A stretch of DNA of 63,037 bases, filler included. It is 6 parts of 6 records of this genome, joined end to end, with 100 filler letters (N's around TTAATTAATTAA, not from the genome) between each part and the next. Parts side by side here need not be neighbours in the genome. Positions count along the whole stretch, not along the records: positions 27,805 to 34,012 come from SRR31156797_3993; positions 34,113 to 42,021 come from SRR31156797_4010; 4 more parts are not named here. One strand, written 5' to 3'. How positions within the stretch are numbered: position 1 is the first letter of the stretch; every line of letters starts with the position of its first letter. The translations under genes were made by a program, and so were the position numbers. Shown one piece after another: positions 30,117 to 39,612 of the stretch. The notes below the pieces were generated by a model. It was given only the letters and a program-made list of their open reading frames with translations, was not told where the DNA came from and made no database searches.

Positions 30117-31367
30117 TCAGATCTGACTGTCTTTAACCGATTTTATCAGCAATTCGGTCGCTTCTTTCGACGACATATCGGAATTGAAATGGCGCGTAAC
30201 GACGTCGTAGATGGCGCCTGTGGGCGCATCGCGAAGGGCCATGTTATGGGCGAAGCTGGGCAACAACGAGCCGGCCGTCTCCGACGAATTCAGATCGTAA
30301 AGAGACTTGTGGGCGCAATAGTCGAACTTTTCCATCGACACGTCGGTACGGACGGGAATGGAACCCTTGGCCAAATTGAAGGCGACCTGGAAGTCCGGGT
30401 CCATCAGCAGGCGCGCGACAATCTTCTGACCCGCCTGTTTGTTGGCATCCTTGACGTCGAACATCGCGAAGCTGTCGACATTATAGAGATAACCGGTCCC
30501 CGGTGCGGCTTCGCACAGGAAATCGACGCCCGGCACCTTTTTGGCGGCGGCGAATTCACCCTTCGCCCAGTCACCGGTCACCTGGAAGGCGGCCTCGCCC
30601 CGCATCAGCATGGCAAGGGCCAGGTTCCATTCGCGGCCGGAGAAATTGTCGTCGACGAACCCGCGCAAAATCCGCATCTGATCGAAAACCTTGATCATGG
30701 CGTCGCTGCCGAGCGTATCGAGATCGAGATCCACGAACGCCTTCTTAAAGAACTCCGGTCCCGCCATTCCCAGGGCCACGACCTCGAAAAGCGTGGCATC
30801 CTGCCAGGGCTGCCCGCCATGGGCCAAGGGGATGATCCCCATGCTTTTCAGCTTGGCTGCGGCCTGGTTGAATTCGTCCCAGGTTCGTGGAACGTCGACG
30901 CCGGCCTTCGCCAGAACGTGCGGATTTGCCCACAGCCAGTTAACCCTGTGAATGTTGACCGGAGCCGCGCAATAAATGCCTTGGCATTTCATCTGCGAAG
31001 CGATCGGCGCCGGAAGAACGTTGTCCCAGGTGTCGATACCTTTGACATCCGAGAGTTTCGCCATGACTCCCTGCTCGTTCCACTCCTGAATGCTCGGTCC
31101 CTTCATCTGAAAGGCAACCGGCGGATTTCCGCCAAGCACCCGCGACTTCAACACGACGCGCGCGGCATCGCCGCCGGCGCCGGCGACGGGCATGTCGGTC
31201 CAAACACCCCCTTCGGCGCTGAACTTATCCTTCAATACCTGAAGGGCCTTGGCCGTGCTGGCCTCGGTCCACCAATGCAGAATCTCGACTTCGGGACTGG
31301 CCGCCGCGGCTCCGCCCGAAATCGCCATGATCCCCGCTAACGAAACGATTGCGGATTTGAAGTTCAT
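30117..31367 (-). CDS. Sugar ABC transporter substrate-binding protein (glucose/mannose-binding-protein-like)
   Basis: Signal peptide; EILHWWT, PVNIHRVNW, GGQPWQDAT, GDWAKGEF; RBS GGAGG before ATG 31367. Confidence 0.93.
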   Translation of the reverse strand: MNFKSAIVSLAGIMAISGGAAAASPEVEILHWWTEASTAKALQVLKDKFSAEGGVWTDMPVAGAGGDAARVVLKSRVLGGNPPVAFQMKGPSIQEWNEQGVMAKLSDVKGIDTWDNVLPAPIASQMKCQGIYCAAPVNIHRVNWLWANPHVLAKAGVDVPRTWDEFNQAAAKLKSMGIIPLAHGGQPWQDATLFEVVALGMAGPEFFKKAFVDLDLDTLGSDAMIKVFDQMRILRGFVDDNFSGREWNLALAMLMRGEAAFQVTGDWAKGEFAAAKKVPGVDFLCEAAPGTGYLYNVDSFAMFDVKDANKQAGQKIVARLLMDPDFQVAFNLAKGSIPVRTDVSMEKFDYCAHKSLYDLNSSETAGSLLPSFAHNMALRDAPTGAIYDVVTRHFNSDMSSKEATELLIKSVKDSQI

Positions 31368-31438
31368 TTTCTTTCCTCCCTGTTTGTCCCATTTAACCTC
31401 GAATTGAAGTTCATTGTCTTTCCTCCCTGTTGGTCCCA
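31357..31438. repeat. 35-bp tandem duplication of the RBS and start region of the SBP gene
   Basis: 31357-31391 vs 31404-31438: 33/35 identical, period 47. Confidence 0.9.
31364..31414 (-). CDS. Putative 16-aa leader peptide (MNFNSRLNGTNREERK)
   Basis: Has its own GGGAGG RBS. Its TGA overlaps the SBP ATG (ATGA). Confidence 0.45.
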   Translation of the reverse strand: MNFNSRLNGTNREERK

Positions 31439-31461
31439 ACAAAGTGCGTAAAGAGGTTTGC

Positions 31462-32079
31462 TCAAGTCTCGGCGCCGACGGCGCAGGTTAAATCCCGGTT
31501 TCGCAGCGCCATCGCCACGGCATGGAAGAACACGACGTGAAGGTCTTCGATCTGTTCCATCTTCTGCGACGGCGCCTGCACACAGACGTCGCAGACCGAC
31601 CTCATCAGATCGGCCTTCGGCTGGTTTCCCGTGAATCCGACCGTGGTCGCGCCCTGGTTCCGGGCGTACGCCAGTGCCCGCAACACGTTCTCGCTACCGC
31701 CACTGCCGCTGATTCCGACGACGACATCACCCGGCCGAAGCAGGGTTTTCAGTTGTTCCAGAAAAGTGTCTTCATAGGCCACGTCGTTCGCATAGGCGGT
31801 CAGCACGGGAATGCCGTCGTTCAGCGACAAGACCCGTAATCGCCGGCGTGCCGTTTCCGTCGGTCCCGAACCAAGATCGGATGCCGACCCTTTGCTCAGG
31901 TCGCACGCAGCGTGAGACGCCAACGCGGCGCTGGCCCCATTGCCGAAGGTGAAGACTGTCGCATCGGTGTCAAAGGCGTTTTCCAGTATTGCCGCGACCG
32001 AGCGGACATCGTCGGTATTTGCCGCTTTCAACGCTTCACCAACGGTTTCGAAATAGTGTTCTATGACTTCCGGGCCCAT
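31462..32079 (-). CDS. SIS-domain phosphosugar isomerase (GmhA-like)
   Basis: FGNGASAALASH, LTAYAND, ISGSGGSENV, GFTG, IEDLH. Confidence 0.88.
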   Translation of the reverse strand: MGPEVIEHYFETVGEALKAANTDDVRSVAAILENAFDTDATVFTFGNGASAALASHAACDLSKGSASDLGSGPTETARRRLRVLSLNDGIPVLTAYANDVAYEDTFLEQLKTLLRPGDVVVGISGSGGSENVLRALAYARNQGATTVGFTGNQPKADLMRSVCDVCVQAPSQKMEQIEDLHVVFFHAVAMALRNRDLTCAVGAET

Positions 32080-32091
32080 AACGGTCTCCCA

Positions 32092-33051
32092 TCAAAAAAA
32101 CAAAACTGCGGCACCGATAAGGGCGGCATCGGCACCCAACCCGGTTCTGACGATCTTGAAATCGCGTGCCTCCGCGGCAATTGAATCGGCCTCGGCGGTC
32201 TTCTCGACCAATTCCAGGTTGAGGCTTTCCGAGACACCTCCCCCAAGGACGATCATCTCCACGTCGAGAAGATTGATGCACACCGCGGCGGCTCTGCCGA
32301 CGGCTTCGGAAGCCTGATCCATGACAAATTTCGCCGTCGGGTCGTTTTGCGAAGCAAGCTTCCCAACCTCGGCGCCTTTTGAAACATCGAGCCCCAGGGA
32401 ATTCGCCCGCCGCACCAAGGACGGCCCCGAGGCCGCCGCTTCAAGGCAGCCACGTCGACCGCAACTGCAGACCGAGGTTTCGCCGCCTACCGGAACGTGC
32501 CCGATTTCTCCGGCCAATCCGCCGCGCCCCCGATACAGCTCTCCGTTCAGGACAACCGCACCGCCGACACCGGTCGAAACCGTGACCCAAACGAAATCGG
32601 AAACGTCGACGGCAACGCCAAAGCGGATCTCCGCCAAGGCACAGCCATCGACATCGTTTGACACCAGAACCTCTCGCCCGAACCTTCTGGCAATGGGTGC
32701 CGCCACTTCGATGTTGCGCCACCCCCGCACGGGCCAGAAATCAAGGATGCCGGTTTTTCGATCCACCAACCCTGGCAAGGATGCGCCAATTCCGGTCAGA
32801 TCGGTCGGAACCGTATCGGCGGCCTTCATGACATCGGCCAGCAAATCCATTGCACCGGCAATAATCTCGTCCGGGCCATTATTCGGCGTCGGAACGATCA
32901 GACGATTTAGCACCTGCCCCGAACTATCGACGATTCCGGCCATCATCTTGGTTCCACCGAGGTCGATAACACCGGCAATTTCCGAGGTCCGCATCGATTT
33001 GTCGTAGACATTTGCGCGCTTTGTTTTTGTCTTTTCCATCGTCTCAGTCAT
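32092..33051 (-). CDS. ROK-family sugar kinase
   Basis: IDLGGTK ATP motif, VSTGVGG, GEIGH, CSCGRRGCLE; no HTH. Confidence 0.92.
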   Translation of the reverse strand: MTETMEKTKTKRANVYDKSMRTSEIAGVIDLGGTKMMAGIVDSSGQVLNRLIVPTPNNGPDEIIAGAMDLLADVMKAADTVPTDLTGIGASLPGLVDRKTGILDFWPVRGWRNIEVAAPIARRFGREVLVSNDVDGCALAEIRFGVAVDVSDFVWVTVSTGVGGAVVLNGELYRGRGGLAGEIGHVPVGGETSVCSCGRRGCLEAAASGPSLVRRANSLGLDVSKGAEVGKLASQNDPTAKFVMDQASEAVGRAAAVCINLLDVEMIVLGGGVSESLNLELVEKTAEADSIAAEARDFKIVRTGLGADAALIGAAVLFF

Positions 33052-33226
33052 GAATGTCCGGCCAAATCCGAAAAGCCTCTGATTGATTGGTTATCTCGTA
33101 ACTTGTCGCCACGAAGATCATGAAGTATGTATGAACTGAACTTCAATTTGATCTTTTGATTATTTTTTTATTCTAATTCATTTAATCTTTTGTGGAAAAA
33201 CTGCAAAATAGCCCGACAAAATTCGA

Positions 33227-34012
33227 ATGAGGTCGTTCTCGATGTTCCGACGCACACCGGACGAATCCCGTATTTTGGAAGTCGTTTATTGGTTTGGTCC
33301 TCAGTCTCGCAAGGATCTCGGGGAAATCGCCGGTCTGACGCGGGCACGCTTGACCCCGATACTTGATCGTCTGATCGACAAAGGCCTGTTGGCGGAATGC
33401 AACCAGATGCAATCCAACGGCGGGCGGCGGGCAACGGCCGTTGGCCTCGATCCTCAATACGGCTGGATTGTCGGCATCGACATTGCGCCCGACGGTGCGA
33501 TCATCATGGTAACGGACTTCTCACTGAAGCCCTTTGCGACACGGTCGTGTGCGCTCGATGTCAAAGACGGACCAAGCGCCGTCATGGCGACTCTGTCCCG
33601 TGTTTTGGACCGCCTTCTCGACGATCACGGGATCGCACCGTCAAGCATCCTCGGACTTGGGATCGGCGTGCCCGGGCCGGTGGAAAGATCCAGCGGCCTT
33701 CTTATCGGTGCGCCGGCCATGGCATCCTGGGAAGGGTTCAGTATCCGCGATCACTTCGCTTCCCGCTTTCAGGCTCCGGTATTCATCGATAACGACGCCA
33801 ACATGCAATCATTGGGGGAGTTGTGGAACGAACGGAATAAGACACAATCCACGGAAAGCCAGGAGACCTTCGTCATCGTAAAGATGGGACCGTTCGGCAT
33901 CGGCGCGGGGATCATTACCGAGGGACGACTGCTTCGCGGCGCGCATGGAGGTGCGGGCGAAATCGGACATGTTCCGACCGATCCCGACGGACTGCCCTGT
34001 ACCTGCGGCAAT
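33227..34012 (+). CDS. ROK-family transcriptional regulator, 3'-truncated
   Basis: N-terminal wHTH (SRKDLGEIAGLT) with GGRRA; ROK motifs GVPGPV, DNDAN, GEIGH, CTCG. Confidence 0.9.
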
Positions 34013-34112
34013 NNNNNNNNNNNNNNNNNNNNNNNNNNNNNNNNNNNNNNNNNNNNTTAATTAATTAANNNNNNNNNNNNNNNNNNNNNNNNNNNNNNNN
34101 NNNNNNNNNNNN
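34013..34112. other. Artificial contig linker
   Basis: N44-TTAATTAATTAA-N44. Confidence 0.99.
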
Positions 34113-34172
34113 TTTAAAAATTACGACTTCCGGAGGCTAGTGCTAAAAATTAAAATGTAAGCGTGAGATTAG

Positions 34173-34205
34173 TTTGTCCGAATTCTCGCGGAATAATTAC
34201 ATTTG
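34173..34205 (+). promoter_or_regulatory. Bacteroidota -33/-7 promoter of recF
   Basis: TTTG (34173-34176), 21-nt spacer, TACATTTG (34198-34205). Confidence 0.7.
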
Positions 34206-34226
34206 TGCCTGTAAAACCACTAAGGA

Positions 34227-35336
34227 ATGTTTTTAAAGGATCTTCATCTGGTAAATTTTAAAAATATAGAGTTAGCCCAACTTGAATTAAACAAGGGGAT
34301 TAACTGTTTTATTGGGTCTAATGGAGCCGGTAAAACTAATTTGTTGGATGCCATTTATTACTTATCGTTTTGTAAAAGTTATTTTAACCCTGTCGATAGT
34401 CAAAACATTAAGCATGAGCAGGATTTTTTTGTGATTCAGGGAAAATATAATTTAAATGATACTGAAGAACAGGTGTATTGTGGACTGAAGAAAGGTCAAA
34501 AAAAACAGTTTAAACGAAACAAGAAAGAATACGAAAAACTCTCAAACCATATTGGCTTATTGCCGCTTGTGATGATTTCTCCGCAGGATGAAAGACTGAT
34601 TGTAGAGGGAAGTGAACAGCGTAGAAAATATGTGGATAGTGTGATTTCGCAGTATGATAAAAGTTACCTCGAGCAGTTAATTAATTATAACAAACTGATT
34701 GCTCAACGAAATGCTTATTTAAAAGGCTTAAAAGGTCTAAACGCAGAAGCCCACAATATGCTCGATATTTGGGATTTCCAGATTATTGAATTAAGTAAAA
34801 AAATTGCTCAGGCGAGAGCTGGTTTCTTGCAGGAATTAAAACCTGTGTTTATGGAGATGTACAACTTCATAGCCAATAATAAAGAAGAAGTAGAACTGGA
34901 ATACAAATCTCATCTGAAAGACGAAAACTTTGAAACTATATTAAAAGAAGCCCGGGAAAAAGATGTTGTTCTGGGTTATAGTACCAAAGGAATCCATAAA
35001 GATGATGTGGAGCTGAAAATAGGAGGGTATCCCATCAAAAAAATGGGTTCGCAGGGACAAAAGAAAACTTTTTTGATTGCCTTAAAGCTGGGACAATTTA
35101 AGTTTTTGGCGGCTCATAAAAACAGCAAACCTTTATTGTTACTGGATGATATTTTTGATAAGTTAGATTCAGAAAGAGGAGATCGCTTAATAGAATTAGT
35201 TGGGAGCGATATGTTTAACCAGATTTTTATAACCGACACACAACTAAACAGAGTAGAACCCGTTTTAAATAGAGTAGATAAAGAGTCTACTATTTTTATG
35301 GTTGAAGCAGGGGAGTTTAAAAGACTACAGGAGTAA
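34227..35336 (+). CDS. recF: DNA replication and repair protein RecF
   Basis: GSNGAGKTN Walker A, GIHKDD, GSQGQKK, LLLDDIFDKLD. Confidence 0.97.
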   Translation: MFLKDLHLVNFKNIELAQLELNKGINCFIGSNGAGKTNLLDAIYYLSFCKSYFNPVDSQNIKHEQDFFVIQGKYNLNDTEEQVYCGLKKGQKKQFKRNKKEYEKLSNHIGLLPLVMISPQDERLIVEGSEQRRKYVDSVISQYDKSYLEQLINYNKLIAQRNAYLKGLKGLNAEAHNMLDIWDFQIIELSKKIAQARAGFLQELKPVFMEMYNFIANNKEEVELEYKSHLKDENFETILKEAREKDVVLGYSTKGIHKDDVELKIGGYPIKKMGSQGQKKTFLIALKLGQFKFLAAHKNSKPLLLLDDIFDKLDSERGDRLIELVGSDMFNQIFITDTQLNRVEPVLNRVDKESTIFMVEAGEFKRLQE

Positions 35337-35341
35337 TTTGC

Positions 35342-35632
35342 ATGGAAAAAAAAGACGCACAACATATTAAATCTATCATTGGCGAGATTCTTAAAAATCA
35401 GCACCTGGATCATAAAATGCTTGAAAACAGGGTGGTTCGTTCATGGGAAAAGGTAATTGGAAAAACAGTGGCGCGAGCTACTACATCCATTTATATGTAT
35501 CAGGGTACTTTATATTTAAGTATTAACTCCAGTGTTATGCGAAACGAACTTTTAATGTTGAAAGATAAAATTATGCATGCGCTGAATGAAGAGGTAGGAC
35601 ACCAGATTGTAACCGCTGTGGTGATTCGATAA
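35342..35632 (+). CDS. DUF721/DciA-family protein
   Basis: WEKVIG...SSVMRNEL motif; conserved position after recF. Confidence 0.85.
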   Translation: MEKKDAQHIKSIIGEILKNQHLDHKMLENRVVRSWEKVIGKTVARATTSIYMYQGTLYLSINSSVMRNELLMLKDKIMHALNEEVGHQIVTAVVIR

Positions 35633-35713
35633 GCTTTGATTTGCTGTGCGAATTCTGAAAATAGAGATCAATTTGTTTAATAATGCTGTTTGTAGCAGAA
35701 TTCTACACGTAAT

Positions 35714-36490
35714 ATGATTCGGAATATAGTTTTAATTGGTTCAGGGAAATTGGCTACTCAGCTAGGAATGGGTTTAGCTAAAAAAGGTTTTAACATTAGA
35801 CAGGTTTATAGCAAAACAGAAGAAAATGCGAAAGTTTTGGCTGAGCAGTTAAACGCCTATTTTACGGATGATCTGTCGCAGATTCAATTGGATGCTGACT
35901 TATATATTGTGGCTGTTAAGGATGATGTATTAAAGCAAGTGATAGAAGGAATGCCTAAAGTAAAAGGTATTGTGGTTCATACGGCTGGAAGCATGAGCAT
36001 GGATATGTTGATTAGGTTCAATGAATACGGTATATATTATCCTTTCCAGACTTTTAGCAAGGAGCGGGAAGTGGATTTTTCTAATATTCCAATTTTAATT
36101 GAATCGAATACGACTGAAACACAGGAAGCGCTAGAAGTTTTTGGTAAAAAGCTATCCAATACAGTACTGAAATGTGATTCTGATCAGCGTAAAAAGATTC
36201 ACCTGGCAGCGGTTTTTGCCTGTAATTTTTCGAATCATATGTACGCCATTGCTCATGAAATTCTTAATGATGGAGACATTAGTTTTGATGTCATCAAACC
36301 ATTAATTATGGAAACAGCATTAAAAACTCAGGAATTAAGCCCTGTTAAAGCACAAACTGGTCCGGCAGTAAGAAACGATAAAAATGTAATTGATAAGCAT
36401 TTAAAGCTATTGGATGGTCAAAAGGATTTAACTTTAATTTATAAAGAGTTGACTAATAGCATCATGAAAATGCATAGTGATGATAACTAG
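35714..36490 (+). CDS. Rossmann-like + DUF2520 oxidoreductase
   Basis: IGSGKLA, HTAGS, YPFQTFS, HLAAVFACNF, QTGPAVRND. Confidence 0.9.
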   Translation: MIRNIVLIGSGKLATQLGMGLAKKGFNIRQVYSKTEENAKVLAEQLNAYFTDDLSQIQLDADLYIVAVKDDVLKQVIEGMPKVKGIVVHTAGSMSMDMLIRFNEYGIYYPFQTFSKEREVDFSNIPILIESNTTETQEALEVFGKKLSNTVLKCDSDQRKKIHLAAVFACNFSNHMYAIAHEILNDGDISFDVIKPLIMETALKTQELSPVKAQTGPAVRNDKNVIDKHLKLLDGQKDLTLIYKELTNSIMKMHSDDN

Positions 36491-36569
36491 CCTTTTTTAA
36501 TACGATTAAGCTAAATATCTTGCTCAATATAATCTTTAATTTCATCATAATTATAAAGTTATAATGCGT

Positions 36570-38108
36570 TTAACCAGGTAGTTGATAAAAGATTTGTGCT
36601 CCCGGACCTAAGGGAATACCAAAGCTCAACCATATAATCAATAATATAATCCAAACAAATAAGAAGGCCATAGTATAAGGAAGCATGGTAGCTATAATGG
36701 TTCCGATACCTGCTTTTGAATCATATTTTTGTACAAAAGCAATAATCAAAGCATAAAAACTCATCATAGGTGAGATCACATTAGTAACACTATCGCCAAT
36801 ACGATAAACCACTTGCGATAATTCGGGCGAATATCCCATAATCATAAACATCGGAATAAAAATAGGAGCCAGGATGGCCCATTTGGCAGAGGCACTTCCC
36901 ATCAACATATTAATGGCTGCCGATAAAATTATAAAGAGTATCATTAAAGGAATTAAGCCGATATCAGAAGCCATTAATAAGCCGGCTCCGTTCACTGCCA
37001 GAATGATTCCCAGATTACTCCACTTAAAATAAGCCACAAACTGCGCTGCAAAAAATACCAAAACGAGGTAAGAAGCCAATGTTTTCATGGATTTTCCCAT
37101 TCCGTTCATTACATCGGCATCGTTTTTATAGGTTCCTGTTTTCCAACCGTAGGCTAATCCCATCAATCCGGCTGTTATTAAAAGCATGGCTACCACCCCT
37201 TTAATTAAAGGCGAGCTTAAAATTCCTCCATCGCTTCCACGTAAAAAACCATTAGTAGGAATAATTCCAATGAGCGTAATTATGAGAATGCCTAAAAAGA
37301 CCAAAGCAGCATACAGTAAACCTTTTTTCTCGGTAGAGGATAAATGATCGAAGTTTTCTTTTAAATCGTCCTCATTTTTAGTGTAAGTTCCTAAACGGGG
37401 TTCTACTAGTTTTTCAGTTATATAGGTTCCGGCCATGGCAATAACAAAGGTGGAGGCCACCATAAAATAATAATTGGCTGTAGGATTCACCTGGTAACTG
37501 GGATCAAGGATATGAGCGGCTTCCTGCGACAAACCTGCTAACAATGGATCTACTGTTCCTAAAAATAAATTAGCACTAAAACCTCCTGAAACCCCCGCAA
37601 AAGCAGCCGCCATTCCTGCAATGGGGTGTCTGCCAACCGCCATAAAAATGACACCTGCCAGCGGTATTAATAATACATATCCCACATCTGAAGCCAGATT
37701 TGACAAGATGCCTGTGAAAACTAATATAAAGGTAAGTAAGCGTTTGTTGGCATTTAATACAAGCAAACGAATAATAGCACTAATTAAGCCGCTTTGTTCT
37801 GCAATACCTATTCCCAACATGGCAACCAGCACAATACCCAGTGGAGCAAAACCGGTGTAATTATCAACCATCTCCAAAATAATACGGTGAATACCATCGT
37901 GCGAAAGCAGATTAACGGGCTTTACTATTTCTTTGGTTCCCGGATGAATTACTTCCCAGCCTAAAGCACTTCCAATGGCAGAAAATACCAATGCTGACAG
38001 TGCAAATAGTGCAAATAAAGTGGCCGGATGGGGAAGTGCATTACCTCCTTTTTCGGTCCAGTTTAATAGCAAATTAAATATGCGTGTTCTATTTTTTGTC
38101 TTGCTCAT
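36570..38108 (-). CDS. abgT: AbgT-family transporter
   Basis: GNALPHPA, FAPLG, FAGVSGGFSAN, GSASAKW, YRIGDSVTN. Confidence 0.93.
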   Translation of the reverse strand: MSKTKNRTRIFNLLLNWTEKGGNALPHPATLFALFALSALVFSAIGSALGWEVIHPGTKEIVKPVNLLSHDGIHRIILEMVDNYTGFAPLGIVLVAMLGIGIAEQSGLISAIIRLLVLNANKRLLTFILVFTGILSNLASDVGYVLLIPLAGVIFMAVGRHPIAGMAAAFAGVSGGFSANLFLGTVDPLLAGLSQEAAHILDPSYQVNPTANYYFMVASTFVIAMAGTYITEKLVEPRLGTYTKNEDDLKENFDHLSSTEKKGLLYAALVFLGILIITLIGIIPTNGFLRGSDGGILSSPLIKGVVAMLLITAGLMGLAYGWKTGTYKNDADVMNGMGKSMKTLASYLVLVFFAAQFVAYFKWSNLGIILAVNGAGLLMASDIGLIPLMILFIILSAAINMLMGSASAKWAILAPIFIPMFMIMGYSPELSQVVYRIGDSVTNVISPMMSFYALIIAFVQKYDSKAGIGTIIATMLPYTMAFLFVWIILLIIWLSFGIPLGPGAQIFYQLPG

Positions 38109-38189
38109 ATTTGTAGTAACTGTAAATCAGTAGAATTGTTGAAATATTCAGTTTATTGTCCATATTTTCCAACGACTTAATATAAAACA

Positions 38190-38224
38190 AAAACACCTGC
38201 TATCCGCGATATAACAGGTGTTTT
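38190..38224 (-). terminator. Terminator after the DUF6261 gene
   Basis: AAAACACCTG / CAGGTGTTTT stem with a T-tract on the minus strand. Confidence 0.75.
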
Positions 38225-38257
38225 CTTACTTCCCAAACCATATGGATCAAACCAAAC

Positions 38258-38980
38258 CTATTCGTATAATTCTTTTTCTCGCAGCTTGGTTAAGCGCGCT
38301 TTTACCTTGCTGTTGTTTTCTTTAATAATCATATCTATTTTTTGAGCACACTCTTCAAAAGTATCCGATCTTACCTTGCGCATTACATCTAAATAACTAA
38401 TTAAATCCTTGTTGATCTGATTTTTAATAATCTCACCAACTTTTCCGGCAGGTAATAGGTTCTCTTGTTCTGCTTTTTTTGAAATGTACTGTTGATATGC
38501 TTCTTCAAATGCCGCCTGATCAGCTTTGAGGTGTGTAATGAGGGTATCAAAATTCGGTAAAATTTGAATTGCTGCGGCTACATCGGGCTTTTTTAAGTCC
38601 TGCAATAAAGCATGTATATTGGCCGACTCCGAACTGTAACTCAAATTCAACACTTCCATACCATAATTATCTAAAACATCCATCACCACTTGGGCTGCTT
38701 GTGCAATTTCTTCCTCAGGCCAAATAAGCTTTGCCTTTATTTCCAGAAATATAACGCGAGCAGCTTTATCGCGTTGAGCATCTAAAGGAGCTAGCGTGCT
38801 TTTAATAATTTCTTCTTTTAATGCATCAGTCATGCGCATTGTATTATCAGCTAATTGCTGAATAACGCTACTAATGTAACTGTCGCTTGAAAAATCGTAA
38901 GAAGAGGTTAAGTTTAAAATAGATAACGAAGTCGTATTAATTTCTTCGATATTGCTTCTGTAGTGGATTACTGTAGACAT
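38258..38980 (-). CDS. DUF6261-family alpha-helical protein
   Basis: Pattern LDAQRD...AAQVV..VLDNYG....LSYSSESANI..LLQDL...L...Q.AF..IN..N; 240 aa, Bacteroidota context. Confidence 0.75.
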   Translation of the reverse strand: MSTVIHYRSNIEEINTTSLSILNLTSSYDFSSDSYISSVIQQLADNTMRMTDALKEEIIKSTLAPLDAQRDKAARVIFLEIKAKLIWPEEEIAQAAQVVMDVLDNYGMEVLNLSYSSESANIHALLQDLKKPDVAAAIQILPNFDTLITHLKADQAAFEEAYQQYISKKAEQENLLPAGKVGEIIKNQINKDLISYLDVMRKVRSDTFEECAQKIDMIIKENNSKVKARLTKLREKELYE

Positions 38981-39102
38981 TTATTTTAAGATTTGATTAA
39001 TGTTATTCTAATATACCTCAAAAAATTAAATTACCGAACATATTGTTCCTATTTTTTTAATCGGAATTATTAGTAGATATAACTGTGTAACCACGATAAG
39101 GT

Positions 39103-39423
39103 TAAAAGTATTTTCAAATAGTGAATAGAGGACTAAAATTTCCATAATTTAATTTTAAAGAAGTTCCTGGCAGGCCAATGACTACTTCAAATTATTTTTA
39201 ACTCCCGGGTCGCAGGCTAATTTGTCCATCAAAATATTTTTTTGTGCTTTTTAGTCGACAAGTAACTTTGTCAAATCAATTCGAAGCTATTCTTAGCCGA
39301 CCATCCGTTTCAACAAAAAAGTTCGAAAGGCCATTTAGCCTGCTAAAATATTCATGCAAATAAAAAGAACCTTTTACTCGCTTGCTAAATGCAAGTTCTT
39401 TTTATTTAGTTGTATGCCTAGCC
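39103..39423. repeat. Non-coding array of degenerate palindromes with an exact 42-bp period (two motifs alternating about every 21 bp)
   Basis: Core A (consensus TTAGCnnGCTAA) starts at 39125, 39167, 39209, 39251, 39293, 39335 and 39377. Core B (TCAAAnnnnTTyGA-like) starts 20 bp after each A start. Confidence 0.75.
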
Positions 39424-39612
39424 ATTCATTTTCAATCAGGTAGCTTATTTTTGAAGTAATGATAAAAACAAAATCAGACCAAACAATTTAATGGGAGTTG
39501 GTCTTCTCTAACTCCTCCCATAAATAAAAAGCAGCTTACTCGCTTAAAACTATTTAAACGGACAATACAACTCAGACAATTATTAATACTAACATGTAAA
39601 CTATTAAACGCT

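Noticed and set aside
29129-31340. Long plus-strand ORFs (325 and 459 aa) antisense to the ABC genes
   Set aside because: Shadow ORFs expected from GC-rich codon usage. They show no recognisable motifs and the opposite strand has clear genes.
33101-33210. Candidate ROK operators (ACTT-N18-AAGT; TTTTGTGG-N5-CTGCAAAA)
   Set aside because: The location is plausible but the symmetry is too weak to call without comparative data.
39103-39423. The 42-bp array as a CRISPR array or a 14-aa repeat gene
   Set aside because: Repeat cores are only ~12 bp and degenerate, no cas genes are present, and stops occur in all six frames. It is retained as a different kind of array.
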